A stretch of DNA of 64,000 bases from an uncultured Magnetococcales bacterium (GCA_963974105.1 CAXBBG010000001.1:578793-642792), one strand, 5' to 3'. Counted from the first letter of the stretch, positions 28,811-38,907 are shown. A program made the numbers and translations. The notes: a model not told the origin generated them from the sequence alone.

Positions 28811-29599
28811 TTATTTATCTGCTTGTTTGATAAGCGGTTTGCACTTGGTGTTTGACTTGTCAACATTACGTTTAAAAGGCATATACCAAGGTTTTCGCCC
28901 TTGAATAATAGCTTTTTGCTCGTATTTTGTGCTGTGCCACCATAAAGGGGGTGTGGCCCATTCTTCGGGGGAAATAGCCGTTGGGAAGAAAACGCTGTGG
29001 TTATAAACTTCACGTAGTATCCACATCATATAGTCTGGAATGTCGGTAGCAATGAAAAGTGTGCCATCTTCTTTTAGGACTTTATTGGCTAAGTTTAAAA
29101 GTTCCTCATTTATAATACGACGCTTTTTCTGCTTATTTTTAGGCCAAGGGTCTGGGTATAATACCACCAATTCATCAACAGATTTTATAGGTAACTGCTC
29201 TAAAAGCTCGCGGGCATCATCACTGCAAATCTTTAGGTTTTTAATATTTTCTTCTTCTATTGTACGTACCAATGAAAGTAAGCCGTTTTTGTAAACTTCA
29301 CAGCCGATAAAGTGTTTGTCGTTTTCTTTTTGTGAACGTATACCAATAGACTCACCATTGCCCATACCAAGCTCTACCACAAGGTGTTTCACGTCTGCCC
29401 CAAAAAGGGTTGTTAGATCTATGGTGTTTGTGACGGTGCAGCTGTATGCGTTTAAGCGTTCTTCAAGCTTATTTTGTTCTTCAAGAGACATGCGGCTAGA
29501 CGTGCGCCCAAATGAACGCATGCGGCCAACTTTTACAAATGGTTCGTTTTCTGAATTTTTCATAAAAATATTTGTAAATGAAGTTGTATGCATTTGCAA
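28811..29599 (-). CDS. trmB: tRNA (guanine46-N7)-methyltransferase
   Basis: VVELGMGNGE (motif I) and LYPDPWPKNKQKKRRI, the TrmB signature. Confidence 0.9.
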   Translation of the reverse strand: MQMHTTSFTNIFMKNSENEPFVKVGRMRSFGRTSSRMSLEEQNKLEERLNAYSCTVTNTIDLTTLFGADVKHLVVELGMGNGESIGIRSQKENDKHFIGCEVYKNGLLSLVRTIEEENIKNLKICSDDARELLEQLPIKSVDELVVLYPDPWPKNKQKKRRIINEELLNLANKVLKEDGTLFIATDIPDYMMWILREVYNHSVFFPTAISPEEWATPPLWWHSTKYEQKAIIQGRKPWYMPFKRNVDKSNTKCKPLIKQADK

Positions 29600-29743
29600 T
29601 GTGTTTTTGCCAGATTTAGAGAGATGCTTGTAATAAATGATAATATCTATATAATATATTTAAGTGTTTTACTTTTTCTTTTATACAGCTTTGGCTGAAT
29701 TTCTATTTTGTTATCTGTTGTTTACATGTATACGGGGGCTTTT

Positions 29744-30196
29744 ATGAAGAAGCTTTATGTTTTATGTATGCTTTTGTTTTTAAATTTTGGCTGGTCTTCT
29801 ACTGTAGCTTATGCGCGCGAAGTAAATTCTTCTACGTCTCATGTTTCAGTTATTTCTATTTGTCGGGTTAAGGTGATGCGAACGGTAAAATTTTTTAGGG
29901 ATCCAATGCGACAAAGGTTGAGCCTAATAAAAACAAAAGCAGGTGTAAGTTATTACGATATTTTAAAGCAAGCAGATATTTCTTCTCCTGCGTATAAACC
30001 CATTGCTGATCAAATTGCTATTATGAAGGGCTTTTATTTAGCAGCTGTCACCAGTTGTTGGTATAATGGTGCTAGAATTGACGCTAATATATTTGGCCGT
30101 TATGGTTTTAGTGCATATGGTTATATTGTGAAGTACGCAGATGCTTTAAAAGACTTTGAACGTGAGGTTATACGTTACGTGGAAAGTCAAAATTGA
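29744..30196 (+). CDS. small hypothetical exported protein
   Basis: Start taken at the internal ATG 29744 (upstream ORF call 29708). SD ACGGGGG is 6 nt upstream. Signal peptide MKKLYVLCMLLFLNFGWSSTVAYA. A hairpin terminator follows at 30204-30236. Confidence 0.6.
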   Translation: MKKLYVLCMLLFLNFGWSSTVAYAREVNSSTSHVSVISICRVKVMRTVKFFRDPMRQRLSLIKTKAGVSYYDILKQADISSPAYKPIADQIAIMKGFYLAAVTSCWYNGARIDANIFGRYGFSAYGYIVKYADALKDFEREVIRYVESQN

Positions 30197-30203
30197 CGAA
30201 ATT

Positions 30204-30236
30204 AAATACCCTTCTTTTAAAAGAGGGGTATTTTTA
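30204..30236 (+). terminator. rho-independent terminator after the first small exported-protein gene
   Basis: 11-bp stem AAATACCCTTC / GAGGGGTATTT with a TTTTAAAA loop, followed by a T-run. Confidence 0.7.
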
Positions 30237-30368
30237 GGTTATTAGGCCTTGAAATGAGGGCGTAAATACTTATGTTTAATATGAAGTTTTACTTTTTCTT
30301 TTATAAATCTTTATCAAGATTTAATGACTATTGTGCCTATCGCACAGTACTTTCTAGAGGACTTTTTT

Positions 30369-30815
30369 ATGAAAAAATTACTAACCCTTGCTACTGGTTT
30401 TATGCTGGCTATGTCTTTTTCTGTCAATGTTTTTGCAGATGCTGAACCTGTTGGTGTTAAGCGTTGTAAGGCAGCGCTTTCAGATGCTGCTTATATAAGC
30501 GCTACTAAAGCTTATGATAAGTTAGTTTCTATGCAGGCAGATAACGGTTTACTTTATTCAAAAATATTTGTTTTGCATCAATCAGGTGATTTGAAAGAGG
30601 AGTTTTCAGAAACGCCTCAGTATCAATATATTTCTGAAGTTGTACAGCGTATTGCGGAGGCAAATGCAGCAGCGGAATTGCGATGTGAGAACGAGGTTTC
30701 AGGCGCTAATACGCTAAATTATAATAGCTTAATGGCGCTATCGGCTGACCTTGTTGCTGCTGTTGATGGATTTGTGACGGAAGTTTTCAATCCTTTGGTG
30801 AATCCTCAGTCTTAA
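30369..30815 (+). CDS. small hypothetical exported protein
   Basis: Start taken at the internal ATG 30369 (upstream ORF call 30324). SD AGAGGA is 7 nt upstream. Signal peptide MKKLLTLATGFMLAMSFSVNVFA. Confidence 0.6.
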   Translation: MKKLLTLATGFMLAMSFSVNVFADAEPVGVKRCKAALSDAAYISATKAYDKLVSMQADNGLLYSKIFVLHQSGDLKEEFSETPQYQYISEVVQRIAEANAAAELRCENEVSGANTLNYNSLMALSADLVAAVDGFVTEVFNPLVNPQS

Positions 30816-30831
30816 CGTTATAGATATATCG

Positions 30832-30867
30832 AAAAAAAAGAGCCTCCATAAGGAGGCTCTTTTTTGT
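30832..30867. terminator. bidirectional intrinsic terminator between the small exported-protein gene (+) and metK (-)
   Basis: 9-bp stem AGAGCCTCC / GGAGGCTCT with an ATAA loop, flanked by A8 and T6. Confidence 0.8.
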
Positions 30868-30889
30868 TGTGTAAGAAGGATTACTTCTT

Positions 30890-32044
30890 TTAAGAAAGAT
30901 TGCTTTGAATCGTTTCTGTAAGGTCTGTTGCTTCCCAGGTGAAAAAACCATTTTCTGACTTGTGACCAAAGTGGCCATAAGCAGAGGTACGTTCATAAAT
31001 TGGGTTGTTTAGCTTTAGGTGTTCACGGATACCGCGTGGTGAAAGTGACATCGATTTTTTAACAGCGCTGGCAATTTGCTCATCGCTATAATTTTTAGCT
31101 GTGCCAAACGTATCAAGGTAAACAGCTAAAGGTTCACTTACGCCAATGGCGTAGCACAGTTGAATTTCACAACTGTCTGCAAGTTTTGCAGCAACCACGT
31201 TTTTAGCAAGGTATCGGGCAGCGTAAGCAGCGCTACGGTCTACCTTTGTAGGGTCTTTCCCGCTAAATGCACCACCACCGTGACGGCTCATACCGCCGTA
31301 TGTGTCGACAATAATTTTACGACCTGTAAGGCCTGTGTCAGCACCTGGTCCACCGTAAATGAAAGAACCTGTTGGGTTCACAAATAGGCGTGTTTTTTCT
31401 GTAATCCAGCCCGCTGGGAAGATGCGGTTAATAACTTGTAATGCTAATTCTTTTACTTCTTCAATGCTTGTGTCGCTTGTGTGTTGGTGTGACACCACAA
31501 TTGTATCAGCGCCAACAGGTTTGCCGTCTTTGTAAATAAGTGTGACTTGGCTTTTGGCATCTGGGCCAAGGCGCGTTTCACCCGCGTGACGCATTTTAGC
31601 CATCTCTTCTACAATAAGGTGGGCATAGTAAATAGGGGCGGGCATTAATTCAGGTGTTTCGTTTACGGCATAACCAAACATAAGGCCTTGGTCGCCAGCA
31701 CCTTCTTCCTTTTTTTCACCTTCGTCTACACCTTGTGCAATTTCAGCGCTTTGGCTGTGGATGCGGTTGATGATTTCAACGGTATCAGCATTAAAGTCGC
31801 CGTCAGTGTAGCCAATGTTGCGGATAGCGCTGCGAATAATATTGTCATAATCAGGTGTGAATGTTGAGCGTACTTCACCTGCAACCGTGACAAGGTCTTT
31901 TGTGACTAAGGTTTCTACCGCTACGCGTGATTGAGGGTCTTTTGAAAGAAAGGCGTCTAAAATAGCGTCGCTAATACGGTCGCATACCTTGTCAGGGTGC
32001 CCTTCAGACACAGATTCACTTGTGAAAAGGAAGTTTTTTTGCAT
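30890..32044 (-). CDS. metK: S-adenosylmethionine synthetase
   Basis: FLFTSESVSEGHPDKVCDRISDAILDA, GGGAFSGKDPTKVDRSAAY and other MetK signatures. Confidence 0.97.
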   Translation of the reverse strand: MQKNFLFTSESVSEGHPDKVCDRISDAILDAFLSKDPQSRVAVETLVTKDLVTVAGEVRSTFTPDYDNIIRSAIRNIGYTDGDFNADTVEIINRIHSQSAEIAQGVDEGEKKEEGAGDQGLMFGYAVNETPELMPAPIYYAHLIVEEMAKMRHAGETRLGPDAKSQVTLIYKDGKPVGADTIVVSHQHTSDTSIEEVKELALQVINRIFPAGWITEKTRLFVNPTGSFIYGGPGADTGLTGRKIIVDTYGGMSRHGGGAFSGKDPTKVDRSAAYAARYLAKNVVAAKLADSCEIQLCYAIGVSEPLAVYLDTFGTAKNYSDEQIASAVKKSMSLSPRGIREHLKLNNPIYERTSAYGHFGHKSENGFFTWEATDLTETIQSNLS

Positions 32045-32129
32045 TTTAAAGTTAACTTTTTTATTGTTTTTATTGATAATTACAGTTAATAAATTAAACT
32101 AATTCTTCAAATCTTACAATGGCGGTTAT

Positions 32130-32987
32130 ATGTCTCAGTTATTTTTTATGACGTTTTTGTTTGTTCTTATTTTAATAAGGGCTCTTTATATGCGTCGTCA
32201 GGCCTTTGTTATGACACCTGCTGAAGCTTGCGCTTCGATTGGTGGTTGGATGTTGATTGTTTCATTGCTCATATATCCTTTGTTTAAAGATATGGCAGAT
32301 TCTGCCTTTGCTTCATTGGCTGAAACGCCTTATTTAATTGCGCTTGGCTTATTGAAAGGTTTTGGCTTTTGGGGAATGAATTTTGCAGGTCAAACTGTGC
32401 GTAAAACCAGTAACAGTAGTGCCGGTTTTTATAGTTTTATTTGTATTGGCCTCATTGCTATTGGGAATAGTATTTTTGGTGAAGAGTTAAGTGTTTTCCA
32501 ATGGGGTTCTGTTGTTGTTTTAACGTTAACGGGGCTGTATTTTACATTTAGAGGGCATTTAAATACGCAACCCTTTTTTATACAGTTAATGTTTATGGCT
32601 ATGGTTTCTATCGGCTGTATGTTTGGCATGATAGACCATTATTTCTTAACGCATGCAAACTGGTACGGCCTGTTGTTGTTAACAGGCGTGGGAATGACAT
32701 TCTCTTCTTGTGTATTAGGGCGTATGCCTTTGCGTGGTGTGGCGCGTTGTGTGCTGGGACGTCAGACAATGTGTATTGGTATTTTGCTTGCGTTTAGTGA
32801 GGTGATGATTTTATCGATTTTGGTAACGCATTTACCAGTAACATTAGCTTGGGTGGCTATGGCGTTGGTGGGGCCTGTTGTGATGGTTATTTCGTCTCTT
32901 TTGTGGGGTGAAGGGCGTTGGCAGGAGCAATTGTTAGTGGGTGGAATTTCGTATGCAGCTGCTATACCCATTGCTATTGGTATGTGA
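32130..32987 (+). CDS. hypothetical polytopic membrane protein (possibly DMT/EamA-like)
   Basis: About 10 predicted TM helices in two halves. I recognise no catalytic motif. Confidence 0.55.
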   Translation: MSQLFFMTFLFVLILIRALYMRRQAFVMTPAEACASIGGWMLIVSLLIYPLFKDMADSAFASLAETPYLIALGLLKGFGFWGMNFAGQTVRKTSNSSAGFYSFICIGLIAIGNSIFGEELSVFQWGSVVVLTLTGLYFTFRGHLNTQPFFIQLMFMAMVSIGCMFGMIDHYFLTHANWYGLLLLTGVGMTFSSCVLGRMPLRGVARCVLGRQTMCIGILLAFSEVMILSILVTHLPVTLAWVAMALVGPVVMVISSLLWGEGRWQEQLLVGGISYAAAIPIAIGM

Positions 32988-33027
32988 ATATAGTAAATAA
33001 GCTACTTAAATAAAGAAGATTTGCAAC

Positions 33028-33513
33028 ATGTTGATACCAACGATTGATGAAAATATAAAGCTAGAAACTCAAAAGCCTGTAGAAAATTTACTGCAAGAGG
33101 CGCTTCGTGCTATAGAAAGTGTGGTTGAATCTCCAGCGTGTTGGAAGGGTAAAGACTTAAGCTTTACGCTTCGTTTTTCAGATGATTTAGAGGTTCAGCA
33201 ATTAAATAAAGACTTTAGAGGCAAGGATAAGCCTACGAATGTTTTGTCATTTCCTTCAGGAGATGACATGCCAGGCATGGAACAGTTGGCAGAAAAATAT
33301 ATAGGTGATATTATTATTTCTTGTGATACTTTAAAAAAAGAGGCAAGTGCGCAATTTAAAACGGTGGATAACCACCTAAGCCACTTGTTAATACACAGTG
33401 TTTTACATCTATATGGTTATGACCATATAGAAGATACAGAAGCGGAAGAAATGGAAGCTTTAGAGATAGAGATTCTTTCAAAGCTGGGTATTAATGACCC
33501 GTATCATAAGTAA
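33028..33513 (+). CDS. ybeY: rRNA maturation endoribonuclease YbeY
   Basis: HSVLHLYGYDH zinc-binding H3xH5xH motif. Confidence 0.9.
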   Translation: MLIPTIDENIKLETQKPVENLLQEALRAIESVVESPACWKGKDLSFTLRFSDDLEVQQLNKDFRGKDKPTNVLSFPSGDDMPGMEQLAEKYIGDIIISCDTLKKEASAQFKTVDNHLSHLLIHSVLHLYGYDHIEDTEAEEMEALEIEILSKLGINDPYHK

Positions 33514-33570
33514 ATAGAATAAATATACGTTCGATAAGATGAATATAAATGAGGTGACAAATAAATATAT

Positions 33571-34446
33571 ATGGATACACAGGCAGAAGCTGAACCTTCA
33601 CATTTAAGTGGAGAGCATTTTCTAAAGCGCATGTTTGCTTCTTTTAGAAGTTTATTTAAGCGCGATTTAGACCAAGGTTTGCAAGATTTAATTGAAAGCC
33701 GTGAAGATGCTGAACTTCCTTTGACGAATGAGGAAAGAGAGCTGATTGAGGCGGTTTTAAGGTTTAGCAGTATTACTGCTGACGATGCTTGCGTACCACG
33801 TAGTGATATTGTCCATCTATCTAAAACAGACACTTTCGAAGAAGTTGTAGGAACTTTTAAAGAGTCTGGATACTCTAGATTACCAGTGTGCGCAAAGGAC
33901 TTGGATGAAGTTGTTGGCTTTGTGACACTTAAAGACCTTTTTCAGTATGTTGCAGGGGAAGAAGAATTTACTCTAAAAAACGTTATGCGTCCTTGTACTT
34001 TTGTGCCAGAAAGTTTTGCTATTTCTGCGGTATTAGATGAAATGCGTAACCATGCTGTACAAATGGCTGTGGTGGTTGATGAGTATGGCGGTACAACAGG
34101 TCTTATTACTGTAAAAGATATTATGGAAGAACTTGTAGGTGACCTTGATGATGAAAATGAACAAGAAGTTGTTAAGGGCGTTATTGAGCTTATTGAAGGG
34201 CGTTATGCATTAGATGCGCGCGTTGAAATAGAAGACCTCGAAGATGGCTTGCGTCAGTCATTGTGTGTGAGCGACGATGCTGATTATGAAACTGTTGGTG
34301 GTCTTGTGCTTGAATTGGCAGGGTGTGTACCAGAAGAGGGGGCGACCTTTAATTTAGAATCGGGTTGTCGCTTGGTTGTCACTCAGGCTGATGGACGTCG
34401 CGTTCAAAAAGTAACCTATATACCAAAGTCTTTTAAGGCTGTTTAG
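33571..34446 (+). CDS. tlyC: CBS-pair plus CorC/HlyC transporter-associated domain protein (TlyC/CorC family)
   Basis: Tandem CBS domains followed by a CorC_HlyC C-terminal domain. The ybeY-corC-lnt order is conserved. Confidence 0.85.
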   Translation: MDTQAEAEPSHLSGEHFLKRMFASFRSLFKRDLDQGLQDLIESREDAELPLTNEERELIEAVLRFSSITADDACVPRSDIVHLSKTDTFEEVVGTFKESGYSRLPVCAKDLDEVVGFVTLKDLFQYVAGEEEFTLKNVMRPCTFVPESFAISAVLDEMRNHAVQMAVVVDEYGGTTGLITVKDIMEELVGDLDDENEQEVVKGVIELIEGRYALDARVEIEDLEDGLRQSLCVSDDADYETVGGLVLELAGCVPEEGATFNLESGCRLVVTQADGRRVQKVTYIPKSFKAV

Positions 34447-34474
34447 TTTGTTGGTATTTATTGAATAGTAAAAA

Positions 34475-34506
34475 AAGCCCTGTTTTTGAGCAGGGCTTTT
34501 TTTTCA
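34475..34506 (+). terminator. rho-independent terminator after tlyC
   Basis: GCCCTG-TTTTTGAG-CAGGGC hairpin followed by T9. Confidence 0.75.
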
Positions 34507-34528
34507 TACACTTGTGGCTTTTCTTTAA

Positions 34529-35959
34529 ATGCAGTATCTTTTGTTGATGTTCGAAAATATAAAAAAGCAAATACAGTCAAAACCTAAGTCTTTAGCGGCT
34601 CTTTTAGGTGCACTTTATACACTTGGATTCGCACCTTTTTCCTTATGGGTTTTAGGCGGGGCTTGTTTGGGGGGCTTGTTTTATTTGTTTATGAAAGCTT
34701 CTTCGAAAAAAGAAGCCTTTAAAATAGGGCTTATTTTTGGATTTGTTCATTTTGTAACGTCGCTACATTGGCTTGTGGGTTCTTTCTATGTCACTTTAGG
34801 AAGCTTGCCATTCGCTATTTTGGTGGGCGGTTTGTGCGTGATGCTTCTTTCTCTGTATTTGGCTTTTTATACCGCGATGGTGGGGCGTCAACTGCGTTTA
34901 GTGGCTGATGATTGCAGTGGTTTTGCACCTTTTGTATTTGCGACTTTTTGGTTAATCTCAGAATTTATACGCTCTATTTTAACGCCAACATTTGCATGGA
35001 ATTTGGCGGGTTATCAATGGGCTTTCTCTGATAATTTTTTACAAATAGCTTCTTTTGGTGGCATTTATTTACTTTCATTTGTGTTGTTACTTGCGGCTTC
35101 ATCTTTGTTTTATGGCAGAAAATGGCGCATTTTTTCAGTTGTACTTTTGGTGTTTTGTTACGGCTACGGTTATCAAAGGTTGCTTTTCAACCCCGTTGAG
35201 GATGTGACAACGCCTGCGGCTGATAAGTTGCATATACGTTTGGTGTCTGGAAATGTGGATCAGATGGAAAAGTGGAAGCCTTTAAAGCGCAAAGCGTTTA
35301 TAGACAGATATATTACGCAAAGTAATGATGGTGAGACAGTGCCAGATGTTGTGATATGGCCAGAAACAGCGGTAACCGCTATGTTAAATCAGCAAGAAAA
35401 ACTCCGCACTTATTTGTCGCGTTATGTTTTAGCACCAACGCTTGTTGTGGGTGCGCCCTATATAAATACAAAAGGGCAGTTTTATAATAGTTTGTATGCT
35501 TTGCAAAAAGGCGAAGAGGTTTATCGTTATGATAAACGCCATCTTGTGCCTTTTGGCGAGTATTTTCCATTAAGGGAATATTTCCCCGCATTGTTTGAGC
35601 TTTTCTTGCAAGGGCAGGGGGAATATACGCCAGGTGCGCCATCTCAAAAAACATTTTCGGTGCGAGGGGTTTCGTTTTCGCCTCTTATTTGTGGAGAAGT
35701 TGTTTTGCCAAATAGTAAAGGCTTGGTTTCAGAAGATTCTCCATACGTTTTAAATATAACAAATGATGCATGGTTTGAAGGGACAATTGGTCCTTATCAG
35801 CACTTTGCGTTTTCTAAGGTACGTGCTATTTCGTTAGGAAAGAGTTTTATACGTGTGGGTAATTTTGGTGTTAATGCGTTTATTGACAGGTTTGGTCGAA
35901 CTGTTACATCTTTGGATGTGCTTGACGATAAGCCTTTAAATATATACATTAAGTTGTGA
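34529..35959 (+). CDS. lnt: apolipoprotein N-acyltransferase
   Basis: N-terminal multi-TM region followed by a C-terminal nitrilase-like CN-hydrolase domain (VVIWPE..., LICGE). Confidence 0.9.
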   Translation: MQYLLLMFENIKKQIQSKPKSLAALLGALYTLGFAPFSLWVLGGACLGGLFYLFMKASSKKEAFKIGLIFGFVHFVTSLHWLVGSFYVTLGSLPFAILVGGLCVMLLSLYLAFYTAMVGRQLRLVADDCSGFAPFVFATFWLISEFIRSILTPTFAWNLAGYQWAFSDNFLQIASFGGIYLLSFVLLLAASSLFYGRKWRIFSVVLLVFCYGYGYQRLLFNPVEDVTTPAADKLHIRLVSGNVDQMEKWKPLKRKAFIDRYITQSNDGETVPDVVIWPETAVTAMLNQQEKLRTYLSRYVLAPTLVVGAPYINTKGQFYNSLYALQKGEEVYRYDKRHLVPFGEYFPLREYFPALFELFLQGQGEYTPGAPSQKTFSVRGVSFSPLICGEVVLPNSKGLVSEDSPYVLNITNDAWFEGTIGPYQHFAFSKVRAISLGKSFIRVGNFGVNAFIDRFGRTVTSLDVLDDKPLNIYIKL

Positions 35960-36192
35960 CAGCTTTAGTTGTTTGCTTATAACAGGTTGAATTTTGAATA
36001 CAATTCACGGTTGATGTTGTTATTATTCATCTAGGTCAACGTGCAAAATGGCTATTTCCGTAGCTTTTTTTTTGCTGTTTAGTATTTTTTGATATATATT
36101 CACCATGAAAATTAAAGTGATAAATAAAAATGCGCAGGGGCAACCTTATTTCTAAGGCTGTGTATCAATATAAAAAGAATTGGAATTTAACA

Positions 36193-36585
36193 ATGGTTGG
36201 GCCAGATCCAGTAGATGTATATGTAGGTAGTCGCGTCCGTATGAGACGTACAGTCCTAGGACTAAGTCAAGAAAAGTTGGCGGACCAACTTGGTATCACC
36301 TTTCAGCAGGTGCAGAAGTATGAGAATGGAAGTAACCGTGTTGGTTCAAGCCGTCTATATGCTATTTCGCGCATTTTAAGCGTTCCAGTTTCTTATATGT
36401 TTGAAGGGTATGACGAAAATTCTGGACGTATGGCTGTTTCAGAAGATGTTTCCAAGTTCGACAAGCAGATGCGCAGTCGTGAAACGATTGAGCTGATGAA
36501 GGCTTATTACAGCATCACAGACGACGTGTTGCGTCGTAAGGTTTTGGATATGGTGAAGGCTATGCCAAAGGCTATGGTTAAATAG
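36193..36585 (+). CDS. XRE-family helix-turn-helix transcriptional regulator
   Basis: LGLSQEKLADQLGITFQQVQKYENGSNRVGSSRL HTH_3 motif. The ATG at 36193 matches family length; the ORF is also open from 36130. Confidence 0.8.
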   Translation: MVGPDPVDVYVGSRVRMRRTVLGLSQEKLADQLGITFQQVQKYENGSNRVGSSRLYAISRILSVPVSYMFEGYDENSGRMAVSEDVSKFDKQMRSRETIELMKAYYSITDDVLRRKVLDMVKAMPKAMVK

Positions 36586-36690
36586 CCAAAAAAAATACAA
36601 AGAGCTCTTGCTAAATAAAGGGAATGGTTATATAGTCCGTTTTGTTGAAGAGTTTTAAAAAGGCATGTTAAATGCGCTTTTTGTAAAACA

Positions 36691-36714
36691 AGTGGGTATA
36701 ACCCGCTTTTTTTA
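36691..36714 (+). terminator. terminator-like hairpin in the rimP leader (possible attenuator, or a distal terminator of the XRE gene)
   Basis: AGTGGGT-ATA-ACCCGCT hairpin followed by T7, 36 nt upstream of the rimP ATG. Confidence 0.45.
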
Positions 36715-36749
36715 TATTTTAAATGAAGTTTTTTAAGGAGAAGGCCTAA

Positions 36750-37271
36750 ATGTTACAGCCGATAGAAAATGAAGTATGGCAATTGATTGAACCAGGGGTT
36801 GAAGAACTTGGTCTTAAAATTGTACGTGTGCGTTTTACAGGTGGTTCAGGTAGCAATGTGTTACAGGTTATGATTGAGCCGACAGAAGCAACAAGAGATA
36901 ACCCTCTTTCTGCAACGGTTGGTCAGTGTGCAAAGGTGTCACGTATGGCCGCTGCTTTACTTGATGTAGAAGATACAATTTCGGCACGCTATTCGTTGGA
37001 AATTTCAAGCACAGGCATGGAACGCCCACTTGTAACAGAAAAAGATTTTAAAGACTATGCGGGTAGCCGTGTGAAAGTGCAGATGGCTGTACCTTTTAAC
37101 GACCGCCGCAAGTTTATAGGTGTTATGCAAGGATGTGAAAACGGGGAAGTTGCCATAACCTTGGACGAAAATGAGATGGAAGTGAACCTTCCATACGAGC
37201 AAATTAAATTCGCTCACCTGTATTTTACAGATGAAGATATTAAACAAATAATGAATATGACAGAGGAATAA
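36750..37271 (+). CDS. rimP: ribosome maturation factor RimP
   Basis: Conserved position upstream of nusA, and the RimP N-terminal domain motifs (LGLKIVRVRF). Confidence 0.9.
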   Translation: MLQPIENEVWQLIEPGVEELGLKIVRVRFTGGSGSNVLQVMIEPTEATRDNPLSATVGQCAKVSRMAAALLDVEDTISARYSLEISSTGMERPLVTEKDFKDYAGSRVKVQMAVPFNDRRKFIGVMQGCENGEVAITLDENEMEVNLPYEQIKFAHLYFTDEDIKQIMNMTEE

Positions 37272-37275
37272 GAGA

Positions 37276-38892
37276 ATGAGTTTGGAATTGTTACAAGTTG
37301 CTGATGCGGTTGCACGCGAAAAAGGCATTAACAAGGAAAGTATTCTAGCTGCGATGGAGGAATCTATCCAAATGGCTGCGCGCCGTAAATACGGTATGCA
37401 CTTAAATGTAGTCGCAACGATGGATCGCATTTCAGGTGACGTTACTCTTAAAAAGGTTGTTGAAGTTGTTAACTTGGTGATGGAACCTGTGAACGAAGAG
37501 GAATATCGTTTAGCACAGCGTGAGCACCGCCCAATGGAAATGCGCACAGCTTGTGACAAGGGTGGTTACCCTCTTAAAGAAAACAGCATGCAAATTTTGC
37601 TTGCAGAAGCACAAAAGCGTAACCCAAACATCCAAGTTGGTGAGTTCTTGTCTGAAGACCTGCCTCCAATTGCTTTTGGTCGTATTGCAGCGCAAGCAGC
37701 GAAGCAAGTTATTTTCCAAAAAGTACGTGAAGCAGAGCGTGTTAAAGAATACGAATCATTTAAAGACAACAATGGTGAGCTTATTTCTGGTACAGTAAAA
37801 CGTACAGATTACGCTGGTTTAACATTAGACCTCGGCACAGCCGAAGGTTTCTTGCCTCGTGACGAAATGCTTCCACGTGAGTCATACCGTACGGGTGACC
37901 GCGTACGTGCATATATCTACAAGGTACAAAGTGAGCCACGTGGCCCACAAGTATTTCTAAGCCGTACACACCCAGAGTTTCTGAAAAAACTTTTTGAAGA
38001 AGAAGTGCCAGAAATTGGTAATGGTGTGATTGAAGTGATGGGTGTTGCCCGTGATGCTGGTTTCCGTGCTAAAATTGCTGTGAAATCATACGACCATAAC
38101 TTAGATCCAGTAGGTGCTTGTGTTGGTATGCGTGGTTCACGCGTGCAAAACATCACAACTGAGCTTCAAGGTGAGCGCATTGATATTATTCAGTGGAAAG
38201 CAAACCCGGCTGATTACTTGGTTGAAGCGCTAGCGCCAGCAGAGGTTTCTAAAATTGTTTTAGACGAAGAAGAGCAGCGCATTGATGTTATTGTTCCAGA
38301 AGATAAATTATCTATTGCTATTGGTCGTCGTGGACAAAACGTACGCTTGGCTTCTATCCTTACAGGTTGGAACATTGACATTATGTCAGAAGTGGAAGAA
38401 GAAACACGTCGTCAAAAAGAATTTGAAGTAGTATCTAAGAGCTTTATGGAAGGCTTGGATGTCGATGAGACAATTACACATGTTCTTGTCAACGAAGGTT
38501 TTTCAAGCATTAACGAATTGCTTCTTGTAAGTGTGGACGAAATTGCTGCCATTGAAGGTTTTAACAAAGACCTTGCAATTGAAATTCAAGCACGTGCGCA
38601 AAAAATAATTGATGAACAAGTAGCTGAGCTTAAAAAAGCGAAGGTAGAAAAAGAACTTGTAGATTTACACGGTCTTAAACTTGAAATGTTGATGCATGTT
38701 GTTCGTAAAGGCATTACGACACTTGACGACTTTGCAGAGCTTGCAACAGATGAATTGTTGGAAATTTTGCCTGAAGGTGTGATGACACAACACCAAGCTG
38801 AAACGTTGATTATGGAAGCGCGTAAGCACTGGTTTGAAGATGAAGACGAAGATGATGCTCATCTTTCAGATTCTACTGCAAAACACGCTTAA
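37276..38892 (+). CDS. nusA: transcription termination/antitermination factor NusA
   Basis: N-terminal domain, S1, KH1/KH2 (GxxG) and C-terminal duplicated acidic repeats. It lies 4 nt after rimP. Confidence 0.97.
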   Translation: MSLELLQVADAVAREKGINKESILAAMEESIQMAARRKYGMHLNVVATMDRISGDVTLKKVVEVVNLVMEPVNEEEYRLAQREHRPMEMRTACDKGGYPLKENSMQILLAEAQKRNPNIQVGEFLSEDLPPIAFGRIAAQAAKQVIFQKVREAERVKEYESFKDNNGELISGTVKRTDYAGLTLDLGTAEGFLPRDEMLPRESYRTGDRVRAYIYKVQSEPRGPQVFLSRTHPEFLKKLFEEEVPEIGNGVIEVMGVARDAGFRAKIAVKSYDHNLDPVGACVGMRGSRVQNITTELQGERIDIIQWKANPADYLVEALAPAEVSKIVLDEEEQRIDVIVPEDKLSIAIGRRGQNVRLASILTGWNIDIMSEVEEETRRQKEFEVVSKSFMEGLDVDETITHVLVNEGFSSINELLLVSVDEIAAIEGFNKDLAIEIQARAQKIIDEQVAELKKAKVEKELVDLHGLKLEMLMHVVRKGITTLDDFAELATDELLEILPEGVMTQHQAETLIMEARKHWFEDEDEDDAHLSDSTAKHA

Positions 38893-38907
38893 TTTTAAAA
38901 GGAAAAA

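Noticed and set aside
32045-32129. SAM riboswitch (SAM-II/SAM-V) upstream of metK
   Set aside because: The approximately 85-nt divergent region is AT-rich, with no recognisable SAM-II pseudoknot core or other structured element.
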